From NCBI GenBank assembly GCA_963772455.1, contig CAVYXJ010000010.1, forward strand, positions 160,001-224,000: a stretch of DNA of 64,000 nt, read 5' to 3'. Below the pieces are notes generated by a model that worked only from the letters and a program-made list of their open reading frames with translations, was not told where the DNA came from and did not search any database. Origin of the DNA: Candidatus Bathyarchaeota archaeon (lineage in GTDB: Archaea > Thermoproteota > Bathyarchaeia > Bathyarchaeales > Bathycorpusculaceae). The position numbers and the translations under genes were made by a program. Numbering within the stretch: the first letter of the stretch is position 1; every line of letters starts with the position of its first letter. Shown here one piece after another: positions 1-8,239 of the stretch.

Positions 1-310
1 CTGGCAATTTGAGTTCAGTCATTATTTTCTTAACTGAATCTGTAACGAGAAACGGTAAAGTTGGAATCTTTGCTCTTTTCGCGCGCAAGAGAAGAATTGG
101 TATTCTGCTTGAATCAATAATGTTTTCACATGAAGGAATAACGTTGTTGCCTAAAACTTCCGCGTGTAAGGACACATAATAACCTGTTTTTAGGTACCGA
201 TACTCGTTGTTGATGTTGAGGGTGGTATCTTTAATCGATGATTCAAGAAACTGTGAAGGTTTTAGAGCTTTGAGCTCATCTTTAAGGTCGAAGTTAGAGA
301 CGACCAACAC
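1..310 (-). CDS. RimK-like ATP-grasp N-terminal (RLAN) domain protein, runs off window edge; not in ORF track
   Basis: Manual translation from GTG at 310: MLVVSNFDLK...NINNEYRYLKTGYYVSLHAEVLGNNVIPS; YRYLxxGYYxSLxAExxGxxVIPS is the RLAN signature; GGTG upstream. Confidence 0.75.
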   Translation of the reverse strand, partial: MLVVSNFDLKDELKALKPSQFLESSIKDTTLNINNEYRYLKTGYYVSLHAEVLGNNVIPSCENIIDSSRIPILLLRAKRAKIPTLPFLVTDSVKKIMTELKLP

Positions 311-421
311 TCATAGTGCACCAGTTAATTGGAAGGCGTTATTCGTAGAGCTATATTTAAAATTAACTATACACAAATACAGCATCTTAAGTTAACGCTA
401 AATAAAAAAGAGGCAAAATCA

Positions 422-1609
422 ACGTATAAACCGCTTGAAGTACTCGGACCGGAACATGAATACTCGCTCGTAGACAAGAATCTAAAGCCAATGCCAATTA
501 GCGATAAAATCATCAAAGATTATTGCGGAAAAATAATAAATTTCATCGAACTGCCCTCTTTTACATTTGGTAAAGAAATGCAAATGCATGTAATGGAGAT
601 CAAAGCCAATCAACCCTTCAAAACACCCTCTGAATTTGAAGAAACTATGCAAACCGCTGTCTCAACGCTAAATCAAATCGTGCAAAAACATGGCGCCATG
701 TTGCTTGGAACAGGCATGCACCCCCTCCTTGAACTGGAGGAAACTGGCATCTGGTCTCATTACCACAAAAAAATTTACCAGCAATACGGAAAAATCTTCA
801 ACTTAAACCAGCACGGATGGCTAAATATCCAGAGTTTTCACCTAAATTTGCCTTTTCAAAAAGAAGCCGACGCCATTCAAACTCATAACATACTCGCTAA
901 CCTGTGCGCTTATTTGCCAGCAATTTCTGCTTCTTCACCAATTTATGAGGGCAAAAATGGTCCAGACGTTGATAATCGCCTGCAATTCTATAAGTTAAAC
1001 CAGAAGGAAATCCCGTCAATAAGTGGAACTGTCATCCCAGAATATGTTTTTTCAATTGACCAATACAAGCGAGATGTTATTGAGCAATACTCAAGGGATT
1101 TAGCTAATGCGGGAGCAGACAAAACTTTGTTGCACCGAGAATGGGTTAACTCAAGAGGAGTAATTTTCCGCTTTGACCGTTGTGCTCTTGAAGTTCGAGT
1201 AATGGATGAGCAGGAATGCTTGAAGTCGGATGTGGCTTTAGCTTGTTTTGTGCGTGCTGCTCTTAGAGGTTTAATTGCTTTGAATGTTGAACTTTTAACG
1301 CATGATGTTCTAATTGATGATTTCAACAAAGTCATTAAGGATGGCTTAAGTGCAAAGGTTTTAAGTTCACATGGAAAAACAGCAAGGCAAGTTTGCCAAT
1401 ATTACCTCAAAATAGCCTTAGAATATGCGACTGAAGATGAGAAAAAGTATCTATGGCTTGTCAAGAAGCGCATTGAAGAAGGCAATCTTTCAGAGCTTAT
1501 TCGTGAAAGAGTTTTGAGGCGATCTCAGAAAACAAGTTTCCATCAATCTATCATTGATGTTTATTCAACTCTTATTAAGTGCCTAATTGATAATCAACCC
1601 TACCTCTAA
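422..1609 (+). CDS. Glutamate--cysteine ligase family (GCS2) carboxylate-amine ligase; start uncertain (TTG 329 or ACG 422)
   Basis: GPEHEYSLVD, HVMEIK, LLGTGMHP, QSFHLNLP, SASSPIYEG, RFDRCALEVRVMDEQEC motifs. Confidence 0.85.
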   Translation, partial: TYKPLEVLGPEHEYSLVDKNLKPMPISDKIIKDYCGKIINFIELPSFTFGKEMQMHVMEIKANQPFKTPSEFEETMQTAVSTLNQIVQKHGAMLLGTGMHPLLELEETGIWSHYHKKIYQQYGKIFNLNQHGWLNIQSFHLNLPFQKEADAIQTHNILANLCAYLPAISASSPIYEGKNGPDVDNRLQFYKLNQKEIPSISGTVIPEYVFSIDQYKRDVIEQYSRDLANAGADKTLLHREWVNSRGVIFRFDRCALEVRVMDEQECLKSDVALACFVRAALRGLIALNVELLTHDVLIDDFNKVIKDGLSAKVLSSHGKTARQVCQYYLKIALEYATEDEKKYLWLVKKRIEEGNLSELIRERVLRRSQKTSFHQSIIDVYSTLIKCLIDNQPYL

Positions 1610-1615
1610 AAATGG

Positions 1616-2167
1616 GTGAAAAAAATGCCAGAAGACAACAAAGGAACAACCTACTCGTATGACGTGTGCAGTGAATGTAAAATTATCTGTTGCCAAGACG
1701 CTAAGCCACCAGTAAGTGAAAGCCGAAAAAAAATAATAAAAGAATATTTACAAGAACAGAAAATAAACGTTGAATCACCTTTCGCAAAAGAAAACTATTC
1801 TTACCCTTCAATTGATGAAAATCTACTCTGCAAGTTTAACAGTAAAGAAACCAAGAAATGTATTGTTCATTCAGTTAAGCCTGAAACCTGTCGAGCTGGA
1901 CCAATTACTTTCGACATTAATTTTAAAACAAATAAAGTCGAGTATTTCTTGAAAAAATCAGAAATCTGCGCTTATGCAGGGGAACTCTATAAGGATAAAT
2001 CCGCTTTCAATAATCATTTTGAAGTTGCCAAGAGAGAAATTATGCGGCTGGTTAAAGAATTGGATGCGAATGAGTTGCGGGAGCTTACGAAAATTGAAGA
2101 ACCGCTAACATTCAAAGTAGGTGAAGAAGATTTGCCTTTTGAAGTGGTTAAGAAACTTGGTTTATAA
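1616..2167 (+). CDS. YkgJ/CxxCxxCC family Zn/Fe-chelating protein
   Basis: CSECKIICC, LCKF, KCIVHSVKPETCRAGP. Confidence 0.8.
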   Translation: MKKMPEDNKGTTYSYDVCSECKIICCQDAKPPVSESRKKIIKEYLQEQKINVESPFAKENYSYPSIDENLLCKFNSKETKKCIVHSVKPETCRAGPITFDINFKTNKVEYFLKKSEICAYAGELYKDKSAFNNHFEVAKREIMRLVKELDANELRELTKIEEPLTFKVGEEDLPFEVVKKLGL

Positions 2168-2491
2168 AAAGCCAGCATCTCTTAGTTTGAGTGCTACGCC
2201 AATGTCGCCTCTAAAATGAACTTTTCCTGTGAAGAAGGCTTTTTCGGGACTCAATTTGCCGTTAACCATGTCCATAAAATCGTTCTCGTTCATTTTCAAT
2301 GTTAACGTTGGGGCTTCATGGGTTCCCTCGGTAACTTTAATTTTCTGGTCTTTTAAAATAACCATCCAGTTTCCGCCTTCTGGTCCAGTTATATTTAGTT
2401 GAGTTATGACATTGATACCTGCTGCTTTTTCTGGTTTAAACCTGGTGGGTAAGGCTTTTTCGAAGAATTCTCTGGGGGTATTTGTCTCCAT
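2162..2491 (-). CDS. SCP2 sterol/lipid-carrier domain protein
   Basis: GPEGGNW, DFMDMVNGKLSPEKAFFTGKVHFRGD; ATG at 2491 chosen. Confidence 0.85.
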   Translation of the reverse strand: METNTPREFFEKALPTRFKPEKAAGINVITQLNITGPEGGNWMVILKDQKIKVTEGTHEAPTLTLKMNENDFMDMVNGKLSPEKAFFTGKVHFRGDIGVALKLRDAGFL

Positions 2492-2551
2492 GATCTCAGC
2501 CCGTTGATTTTTAATCATTTTACACATTTGGGTTATTGAACGTTTGGTAAT

Positions 2552-3310
2552 TTACCTAAAGAGGTCTCTTTCTTTGGCTCTTGTTAGAGAAGTTGCTGAA
2601 GCGTTTTCGTCTGTTTGATAGTTGTAACCTCGAATGATAGCGACTGGAATTCCTTCGTTTGCTTGGCCAATTACAAGTTCTGCAGCAGAAGAAAGTTCGT
2701 CTGCGATAGCAGTTTGTTTTATTCTAAGAGTGTAGCCAAAGAGGTCTTTTTCGCCCCGCCTGTCCCGTATTGGTTTAAATCCTGCCACTCCAACGGCCAC
2801 GTTAATCTCGCCTAGCCTAAACGGTCTGCCATGAGTGTCAGAAATAATAACTGCCACGTTAGCGGATGTTAAACGTTTTATTTCTTTTTTTATATTCTCT
2901 GCCGAAGCGCTCGGATTTTTTGGCAAGGGAACAACATTTCTGTCTCCTGATACATTGGATCGATCAACTCCTGCATTAGCGCAAATAATACCGCTGACGG
3001 TTTCAGTTATAATGCTGTTTTGACCAACGCGAACGATGTCTTTGGTTTCCTGCAAAATAACCTCAACTAATGCGGGGTCTTTGTTGGTTTTTTGAGCTAT
3101 TTCCTTTGCTTTCTCTGAGGGCTTAACTGTGTCTAGATCGATTACGTTTCCTTCTGCCTTCGAAACCACGACATGCGTAACTACTACAATGTCTTTTTCT
3201 TGGATTGGATTACTCTGTTTTTTTGCTGCTTCAACAATAAGCTTCCCTAAGTTGTCCCCTTTCTTAATTAAAGGTAAGTTTTCAACAGCGAATACTTGAA
3301 TAGGATTCAC
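2552..3310 (-). CDS. cofE: Coenzyme F420-0:L-glutamate ligase
   Basis: VSKAEG, ICANAGVDRSN, IISDTHGRPFRLG, AIADELSSAAELVIGQANEGIPVAIIRG. Confidence 0.93.
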   Translation of the reverse strand: MNPIQVFAVENLPLIKKGDNLGKLIVEAAKKQSNPIQEKDIVVVTHVVVSKAEGNVIDLDTVKPSEKAKEIAQKTNKDPALVEVILQETKDIVRVGQNSIITETVSGIICANAGVDRSNVSGDRNVVPLPKNPSASAENIKKEIKRLTSANVAVIISDTHGRPFRLGEINVAVGVAGFKPIRDRRGEKDLFGYTLRIKQTAIADELSSAAELVIGQANEGIPVAIIRGYNYQTDENASATSLTRAKERDLFR

Positions 3311-3440
3311 GCATTTTGCCTCTTCTAAACTTGCTAATTAAGCTATAGAACTTAAGTATATCTCGGAAAAAGTTTGGAAAGATAAAAATTGAAAAAAGAA
3401 TGATGGGACCGTAAAGGTCTCATTTGTTGGTTTGGGTTTT

Positions 3441-4166
3441 TTAGCTTCTGAATTTCTGTAGTTTCTGAAGCATTAGTTTGTCGCCTTCAGCATCGCCTGC
3501 GCATGTAGCGATAATGCCGTCGACGAGTCCTACAAGCTTGCTTGCTTTTTCTTCAACTGTATCCATGGTTGCAGCAACTGGCCATCCGATCATTTTGACG
3601 GTTTCTACGTTTTTGTCTGTTCCAACTAGGAAGTATGCGAACAATGGCTTATTGAGTTTCTTGCATTCTGCTGATACTGCTTTGAGGGCGTCAAATGAGT
3701 CGTCGGTTAGCCTCATGAAATACACGAAGTCCCATGGCTCCCGTACCCGTTCAAGAGTTTCTTCTATTGAACGTCTTGCTGTTAGCAAGCAGCCGAGTTT
3801 GAGGTTCTTGGTCTTTACATTAGTTCGTATAAAGTCTCTTGCTGCTTCGGATGAGGGCAGCATTGTTATGGGTTGACCAAACTTTGGGTTGTCTCCCATA
3901 GTGACTGCTAAGCCGTCTAAACCAATTATGTCCGATGCTAAAGCTAAGCCTCCTACTTCAACTGGTCCTTTATACTTTAGAATGAAAATTGGTACGACGT
4001 ATTTTTCTGGGTACTTGTATTTGAGTAAGCAGCTTACGACTACTCCGCTTGGAGCTGGGTAACCTGCTGCACCGTCAGTTACGTTCCATCCATCTACTAA
4101 GTCTTTGAGTTCGTCTGCAAGCTTTAGGAATTTACGTGTTGGCACAAATTCATTTAGTATTTTCAT
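3441..4166 (-). CDS. metF: MetF-like methylene-tetrahydropterin reductase, short archaeal type
   Basis: N-terminal EFVP, NVTDGAAGYP, TMGDNPKFG match the MTHFR FAD TIM-barrel pattern; divergent. Confidence 0.6.
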   Translation of the reverse strand: MKILNEFVPTRKFLKLADELKDLVDGWNVTDGAAGYPAPSGVVVSCLLKYKYPEKYVVPIFILKYKGPVEVGGLALASDIIGLDGLAVTMGDNPKFGQPITMLPSSEAARDFIRTNVKTKNLKLGCLLTARRSIEETLERVREPWDFVYFMRLTDDSFDALKAVSAECKKLNKPLFAYFLVGTDKNVETVKMIGWPVAATMDTVEEKASKLVGLVDGIIATCAGDAEGDKLMLQKLQKFRS

Positions 4167-4281
4167 GGAGATTTCATCTCAGCTTAATGGGTGAGATGTT
4201 TGGGTTAAAAAGGCTTTTGCATTCGATGCATTGGTTTTTCAGAAAAAGTTATTTCTGGAGCAACATGTTCAAAAACAAGCA

Positions 4282-5139
4282 TTATTTATCCGCATTTAGG
4301 GCAACTAAAGTTTTTTTGGCGCGTTCCATCTTGAATTTGGATAATCTGACGACTTCCTCTTTATCAATTCCTTCTATCGCAGCATCCAAGTTTTTCACCA
4401 GTTCTACCCCTACCTTTGATCTAACAACCACACTTGAAAACCCAGGTTTACTCCCAACGGAACCAACTGAAATGTCAGCGAAACGCGATGCGAAATCATC
4501 ACAGTAAAGGCACGCTTTCTCTGCGGCGCAGTTAAGATCATTTACTTTGCAACTGTATTCTTTTCCGTGGGTAAAGGCTATGAATTTTCCATGCCGAATC
4601 TGTGTTTTTTCAACCTTGTCCAAGTCGATGCCCAAACGTGTACACATTTCTTTTTTCAGCTTTGTCTTGTTGAAAGCTTCAAAGCAGAATAAGCCGATAA
4701 CCGTGATTTCGCATTCATTCTTTAGCGATTGCTGTATTTTTCTGGCAGCTTTTGCTTCGCAAGGCGTGCAAACGATGGCTACCCTTCTTTTTCCTTGGTC
4801 GATTAGTTCACGCAGCTTCTTGGTAACGTTGACTCTGAGGTATATAGTTCCCCCTGCGGCCTTAGCTTCCTCGGCATTCGTGGCTACGACGACTTTTGCA
4901 TTGTACCCATCTCCGCGGTAAACGACAACAGCAGCATCAAAAATGTGCTCTTCAAAACCCTTCACTAAAAGAGCCGTAACCACCCCACCGTCTTGCCCCC
5001 CAAACCCACTTTTAGACGAAAACATATTGCAGTAAACTCCGAGGTTTGGGTCTTTTGAGCCTTCTAGAAATTGCTGTTCAATTTTAATTTCGTCTTGAGT
5101 TTTGTAGTTTTGGTTTTTTTCTGTTTGTTCATTAGGCAA
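4282..5139 (-). CDS. FrhB/FdhB-family F420-reacting flavoprotein, no N-terminal ferredoxin module
   Basis: GQDGGVVTALL, VCTPCE, IGLFCFEAF, ACLYCDDF, ADISVGSVGS..GFSSVVVRS. Confidence 0.88.
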   Translation of the reverse strand: MPNEQTEKNQNYKTQDEIKIEQQFLEGSKDPNLGVYCNMFSSKSGFGGQDGGVVTALLVKGFEEHIFDAAVVVYRGDGYNAKVVVATNAEEAKAAGGTIYLRVNVTKKLRELIDQGKRRVAIVCTPCEAKAARKIQQSLKNECEITVIGLFCFEAFNKTKLKKEMCTRLGIDLDKVEKTQIRHGKFIAFTHGKEYSCKVNDLNCAAEKACLYCDDFASRFADISVGSVGSKPGFSSVVVRSKVGVELVKNLDAAIEGIDKEEVVRLSKFKMERAKKTLVALNADK

Positions 5140-5340
5140 TTATGAGTTCAACCAATTTTTTCTTAAGTTTAAGGTGGGGTTTTCGGGCAAATAAAGCTTT
5201 AAACTTTTGGACAACCAGTTTTGTAATTAATTCGGTTATGTTATTTAATGAAAAGTCGCGATTACCAAATTCTTGATTTTGGTCTACTAAGGAAACGTAA
5301 ATTAATTCGGGAAAGAAATTATCTGTAGTTTGTGATTGTT

Positions 5341-6120
5341 ATGAAAGTTGCTGTTTCTGGTAAAGGTGGCGTTGGCAAGACCTTGATTGCTGGTGGTTTA
5401 GCGAGTGGTTTTGTTGATCGCGGCTTAAAGACTATAGCTATTGATGCTGATTCTTCTCCAAATCTTGGTTTAACACTTGGGTTGTCAGCAGAGGAAACTC
5501 GTAAAATAGTGCCCATAACGGAAAACAAACCTTTGGTGGAAGCTAAAACTAGCACTGGTTACAACAGTATTTTTAATTTAAATTTCTCTGTAGACGACAT
5601 TGTTAAAGACTACTCTATATCCACTCCGCTTGGAGTAAATCTGATTGTCATGGGCACTGTGCAGGCGATGGAAGCAGGATGTATGTGCGCCCCAAACGCT
5701 GTCATCCGGGCTCTGCTACGACACCTTGTGGTTGATCGAAATGAAGCTGTTGTTATGGATTTAGAGGCGGGCGTAGAGCACATTGGCAGAGGAACTGCAA
5801 GACAAGTAGACGCCTTACTCACAGTTGCCGACTCTAACCTAAAATCCTTAGAGATCGCCAAACACATACACGATTTAGCATCTGCGGCAGGTATGAAAAA
5901 AATCTACCTCATTGGAAACAGAGTAATGAACGACGCTCAAAAAGAAGCAATTCAAAACTTCGCTGACAAGAATGGACTTAATTTGCTTGCTTTAGTACCC
6001 TTCGACCAAAAGGTGATTGAGGCAGATATGCTCGGAATAACCCCGTTGAAAAACAAGGAAATCGCAGCAGTTAAAGCCATAGATGATATCTGTGAGCTGT
6101 TGATTAATAAAACAGTATAA
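5341..6120 (+). CDS. cooC: CO dehydrogenase/ACS nickel-insertion ATPase (CooC/AcsF)
   Basis: GKGGVGKT, IDADSSPNL, GCMC, DLEAGVEHIGRGTA. Confidence 0.92.
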   Translation: MKVAVSGKGGVGKTLIAGGLASGFVDRGLKTIAIDADSSPNLGLTLGLSAEETRKIVPITENKPLVEAKTSTGYNSIFNLNFSVDDIVKDYSISTPLGVNLIVMGTVQAMEAGCMCAPNAVIRALLRHLVVDRNEAVVMDLEAGVEHIGRGTARQVDALLTVADSNLKSLEIAKHIHDLASAAGMKKIYLIGNRVMNDAQKEAIQNFADKNGLNLLALVPFDQKVIEADMLGITPLKNKEIAAVKAIDDICELLINKTV

Positions 6121-6244
6121 TCCTTTTCACTTTTTTGATAGTTACTTAGATAATTACCAATCTTTTCATTTTTTGGTTATCTGAAAATAACATAAATTAA
6201 AAAATATTTGTTTTCAAATAAGATTTCAAGTAGGTGGTTGTTTT

Positions 6245-6835
6245 ATGAGTCTTGATTGGAAAAAATGGGCAAAAAATGACTTAATCTTTGGAATTATCCT
6301 TCCGGTAATCGCTGTTTTCATTATTGTGCTGATTTCAAAACTTCAGTCATTGGTCGGTGGGGAACCAGGAATCGTTCTAGGACTAACAATGGAGATACTA
6401 GAACTAGTTGTAATAGTCGGTGTTCCCTTAGCGCTTGGTTTATTGTGGAATCAGTGGGCTGGTGGAGCTTCTGGCTTCTTAATGGGTACCTTCTATGCTT
6501 TTTATTGGTCAAATAGTTTTCATGGGATTGCAGGTTCCGGGACGGTCTTGTTAGCATACGTTCTTAGTCCAATGTTGATAGGTTATATAGCTGGAGCGTT
6601 AAATAAGCGATCTGACAATTTCAAAAGACTATTAATTTCCGCCATTGTCGCTTCAACAATTGGAGGCATAGTGCTATTTACTATATTCCAAATGTCAACT
6701 GCCAACGTAGTTACCGGATACATTGGATTTGCATTGACCGTCTTAGCTCGTATGCTCGCCGCTGTTCTTACCGCTATTGTAGTGAAAGTCTTCTTCTGGT
6801 ATGGCATGGGTGCTCACAAAGAACCAAATATTTGA
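6245..6835 (+). CDS. Integral membrane protein (about 6 TM), resembles an ECF S-component
   Basis: 196 aa hydrophobic; PLALGLLWNQWAGGASGFLMG and GYIAGAL patterns. Confidence 0.55.
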   Translation: MSLDWKKWAKNDLIFGIILPVIAVFIIVLISKLQSLVGGEPGIVLGLTMEILELVVIVGVPLALGLLWNQWAGGASGFLMGTFYAFYWSNSFHGIAGSGTVLLAYVLSPMLIGYIAGALNKRSDNFKRLLISAIVASTIGGIVLFTIFQMSTANVVTGYIGFALTVLARMLAAVLTAIVVKVFFWYGMGAHKEPNI

Positions 6836-6965
6836 TAACACTTTTTTACGCCATTTTGAGACAAATTTCTTGGCTTTAGTCATTAAATGAAAAACTGAGA
6901 ATATTAATCTGTGTCAAAAATATCAAATAAAAGAAATGGACGTAAGAGGCTAAACATTACCGGTT

Positions 6966-7132
6966 TTAAGCAATGGTCATTATCGCAATTGCAATGTGAC
7001 CTGCCGAGTTGCCACCAATATATTTTTGGGGTTTGCTTCAAAGGATTTTTTTGCATCCTGGAGCATAAAAATAATAGTATTTGCCTTGGTAGATTTTTTG
7101 TACTTTACAGTTTTCTCGTTTACCACTCCATT
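6966..7132 (-). pseudogene. Degraded YHS-domain metal-binding protein
   Basis: Across frameshifts reads VNEKTVKYK/IYQGKYYYFYAPGCKK/SFEANPK/YIGG, matching YHS; DPVCGM lost and FC changed to FY. Confidence 0.6.
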
Positions 7133-7339
7133 TTCGGTCTTCAAAAATTAGAGTTCTTATTTTGCCAAAAGAATTTAATCATTTAAAACTTTTCCAGGAA
7201 CTTTAGGTCCAATTTGATAAGAGGCAAATAAGGTTGAAAACTCTCCATTTTAAAATAATAGTATTAAAGCTCTGGAACCATAGACAATATATTCGAGTTT
7301 TTGCTTAAGAAAACACCGTAAACTTTGAGGTTATTTTAT

Positions 7340-8104
7340 ATGAAAACTTTGGTTACAGTTGGTCGCGGTGGAACAGGAAAATCCAGCTTCACCGCTCTAA
7401 TGGCTAAAAACTTCATTGAGGCAGGACAGGCACCTTTACTTTTAGTTGATGCCGACCCAGATCAGAATCTGGGTGAAATGATTGGGGTAGACCTCAAAGA
7501 AGTGGGAAAATCAACAATAGCTGACCTTATCGTGAGCACATTTATTGAAAAAGGAGGCACCACAGTCGGTGTACCACCAAGGGAACGCATCGAAAGTCGT
7601 ATTTGGGAAAACGGCCTCTATGAAAGCAAAAGCTTCGATTTTCTTTCGGTTGGCACCAAATGGGTTGAAGGATGCTATTGCATGCCCAACTCCGCCCTTA
7701 AGGCTGCTTTGGAATCGTTGACTAAAACTTACAAGTACGTACTCGTTGATTCTCCTGCAGGCCTTGAAAATTTGAACAGACGAATAACCTCGGATGTTAA
7801 CGATATCTTTGATATTCTTGATCATTCAAAGAAATCACAAGATCATGTCAGAAGAGCAATCAAAATAGCTAAAGAAGTTGACATGAAATTTGAAAACTTT
7901 TACTTAGTTGGCGGTTACCGTTTTCCAGCTGAGCTAGGAAAGCAAGCGGAAGATGACTTGAAATACAAGTATTTGGGCAAAATCGAAGCGGATGATCAAC
8001 TTGATGAGTTTGTTTTAAATGGAAAATCGTTACTTGACTTGCCAAACAACAACAAAGCGTATCTTTCAGTGCAGAATATCCTTAAAACCCTGGGCTATAT
8101 GTAG
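7340..8104 (+). CDS. cooC: Second CooC/AcsF-type Ni-insertion ATPase
   Basis: GRGGTGKS, VDADPDQNL, EGCYCMPN, DSPAGLENLNRRI. Confidence 0.88.
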   Translation: MKTLVTVGRGGTGKSSFTALMAKNFIEAGQAPLLLVDADPDQNLGEMIGVDLKEVGKSTIADLIVSTFIEKGGTTVGVPPRERIESRIWENGLYESKSFDFLSVGTKWVEGCYCMPNSALKAALESLTKTYKYVLVDSPAGLENLNRRITSDVNDIFDILDHSKKSQDHVRRAIKIAKEVDMKFENFYLVGGYRFPAELGKQAEDDLKYKYLGKIEADDQLDEFVLNGKSLLDLPNNNKAYLSVQNILKTLGYM

Positions 8105-8179
8105 CTCAAAGGGTTTTACACAATTTCTTTAAACCCTTGCATTTCTATAACTACAACGTGACTTTTGCGTAAGAAATCT

Positions 8180-8196
8180 GGAAAGGTTTAAAAAGT
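8180..8196 (+). promoter_or_regulatory. Putative BRE/TATA promoter of cdh operon
   Basis: GGAAAGG-TTTAAAAA about 50 bp before cdhA start. Confidence 0.5.
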
Positions 8197-8239
8197 ATGT
8201 CATTAAGGGATGTTGTAAACCTTTACAGAGGTTTCACAT

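Noticed and set aside
6911-7186. 91-aa + strand ORF
   Set aside because: No recognisable features; it is the antisense shadow of the YHS remnant.
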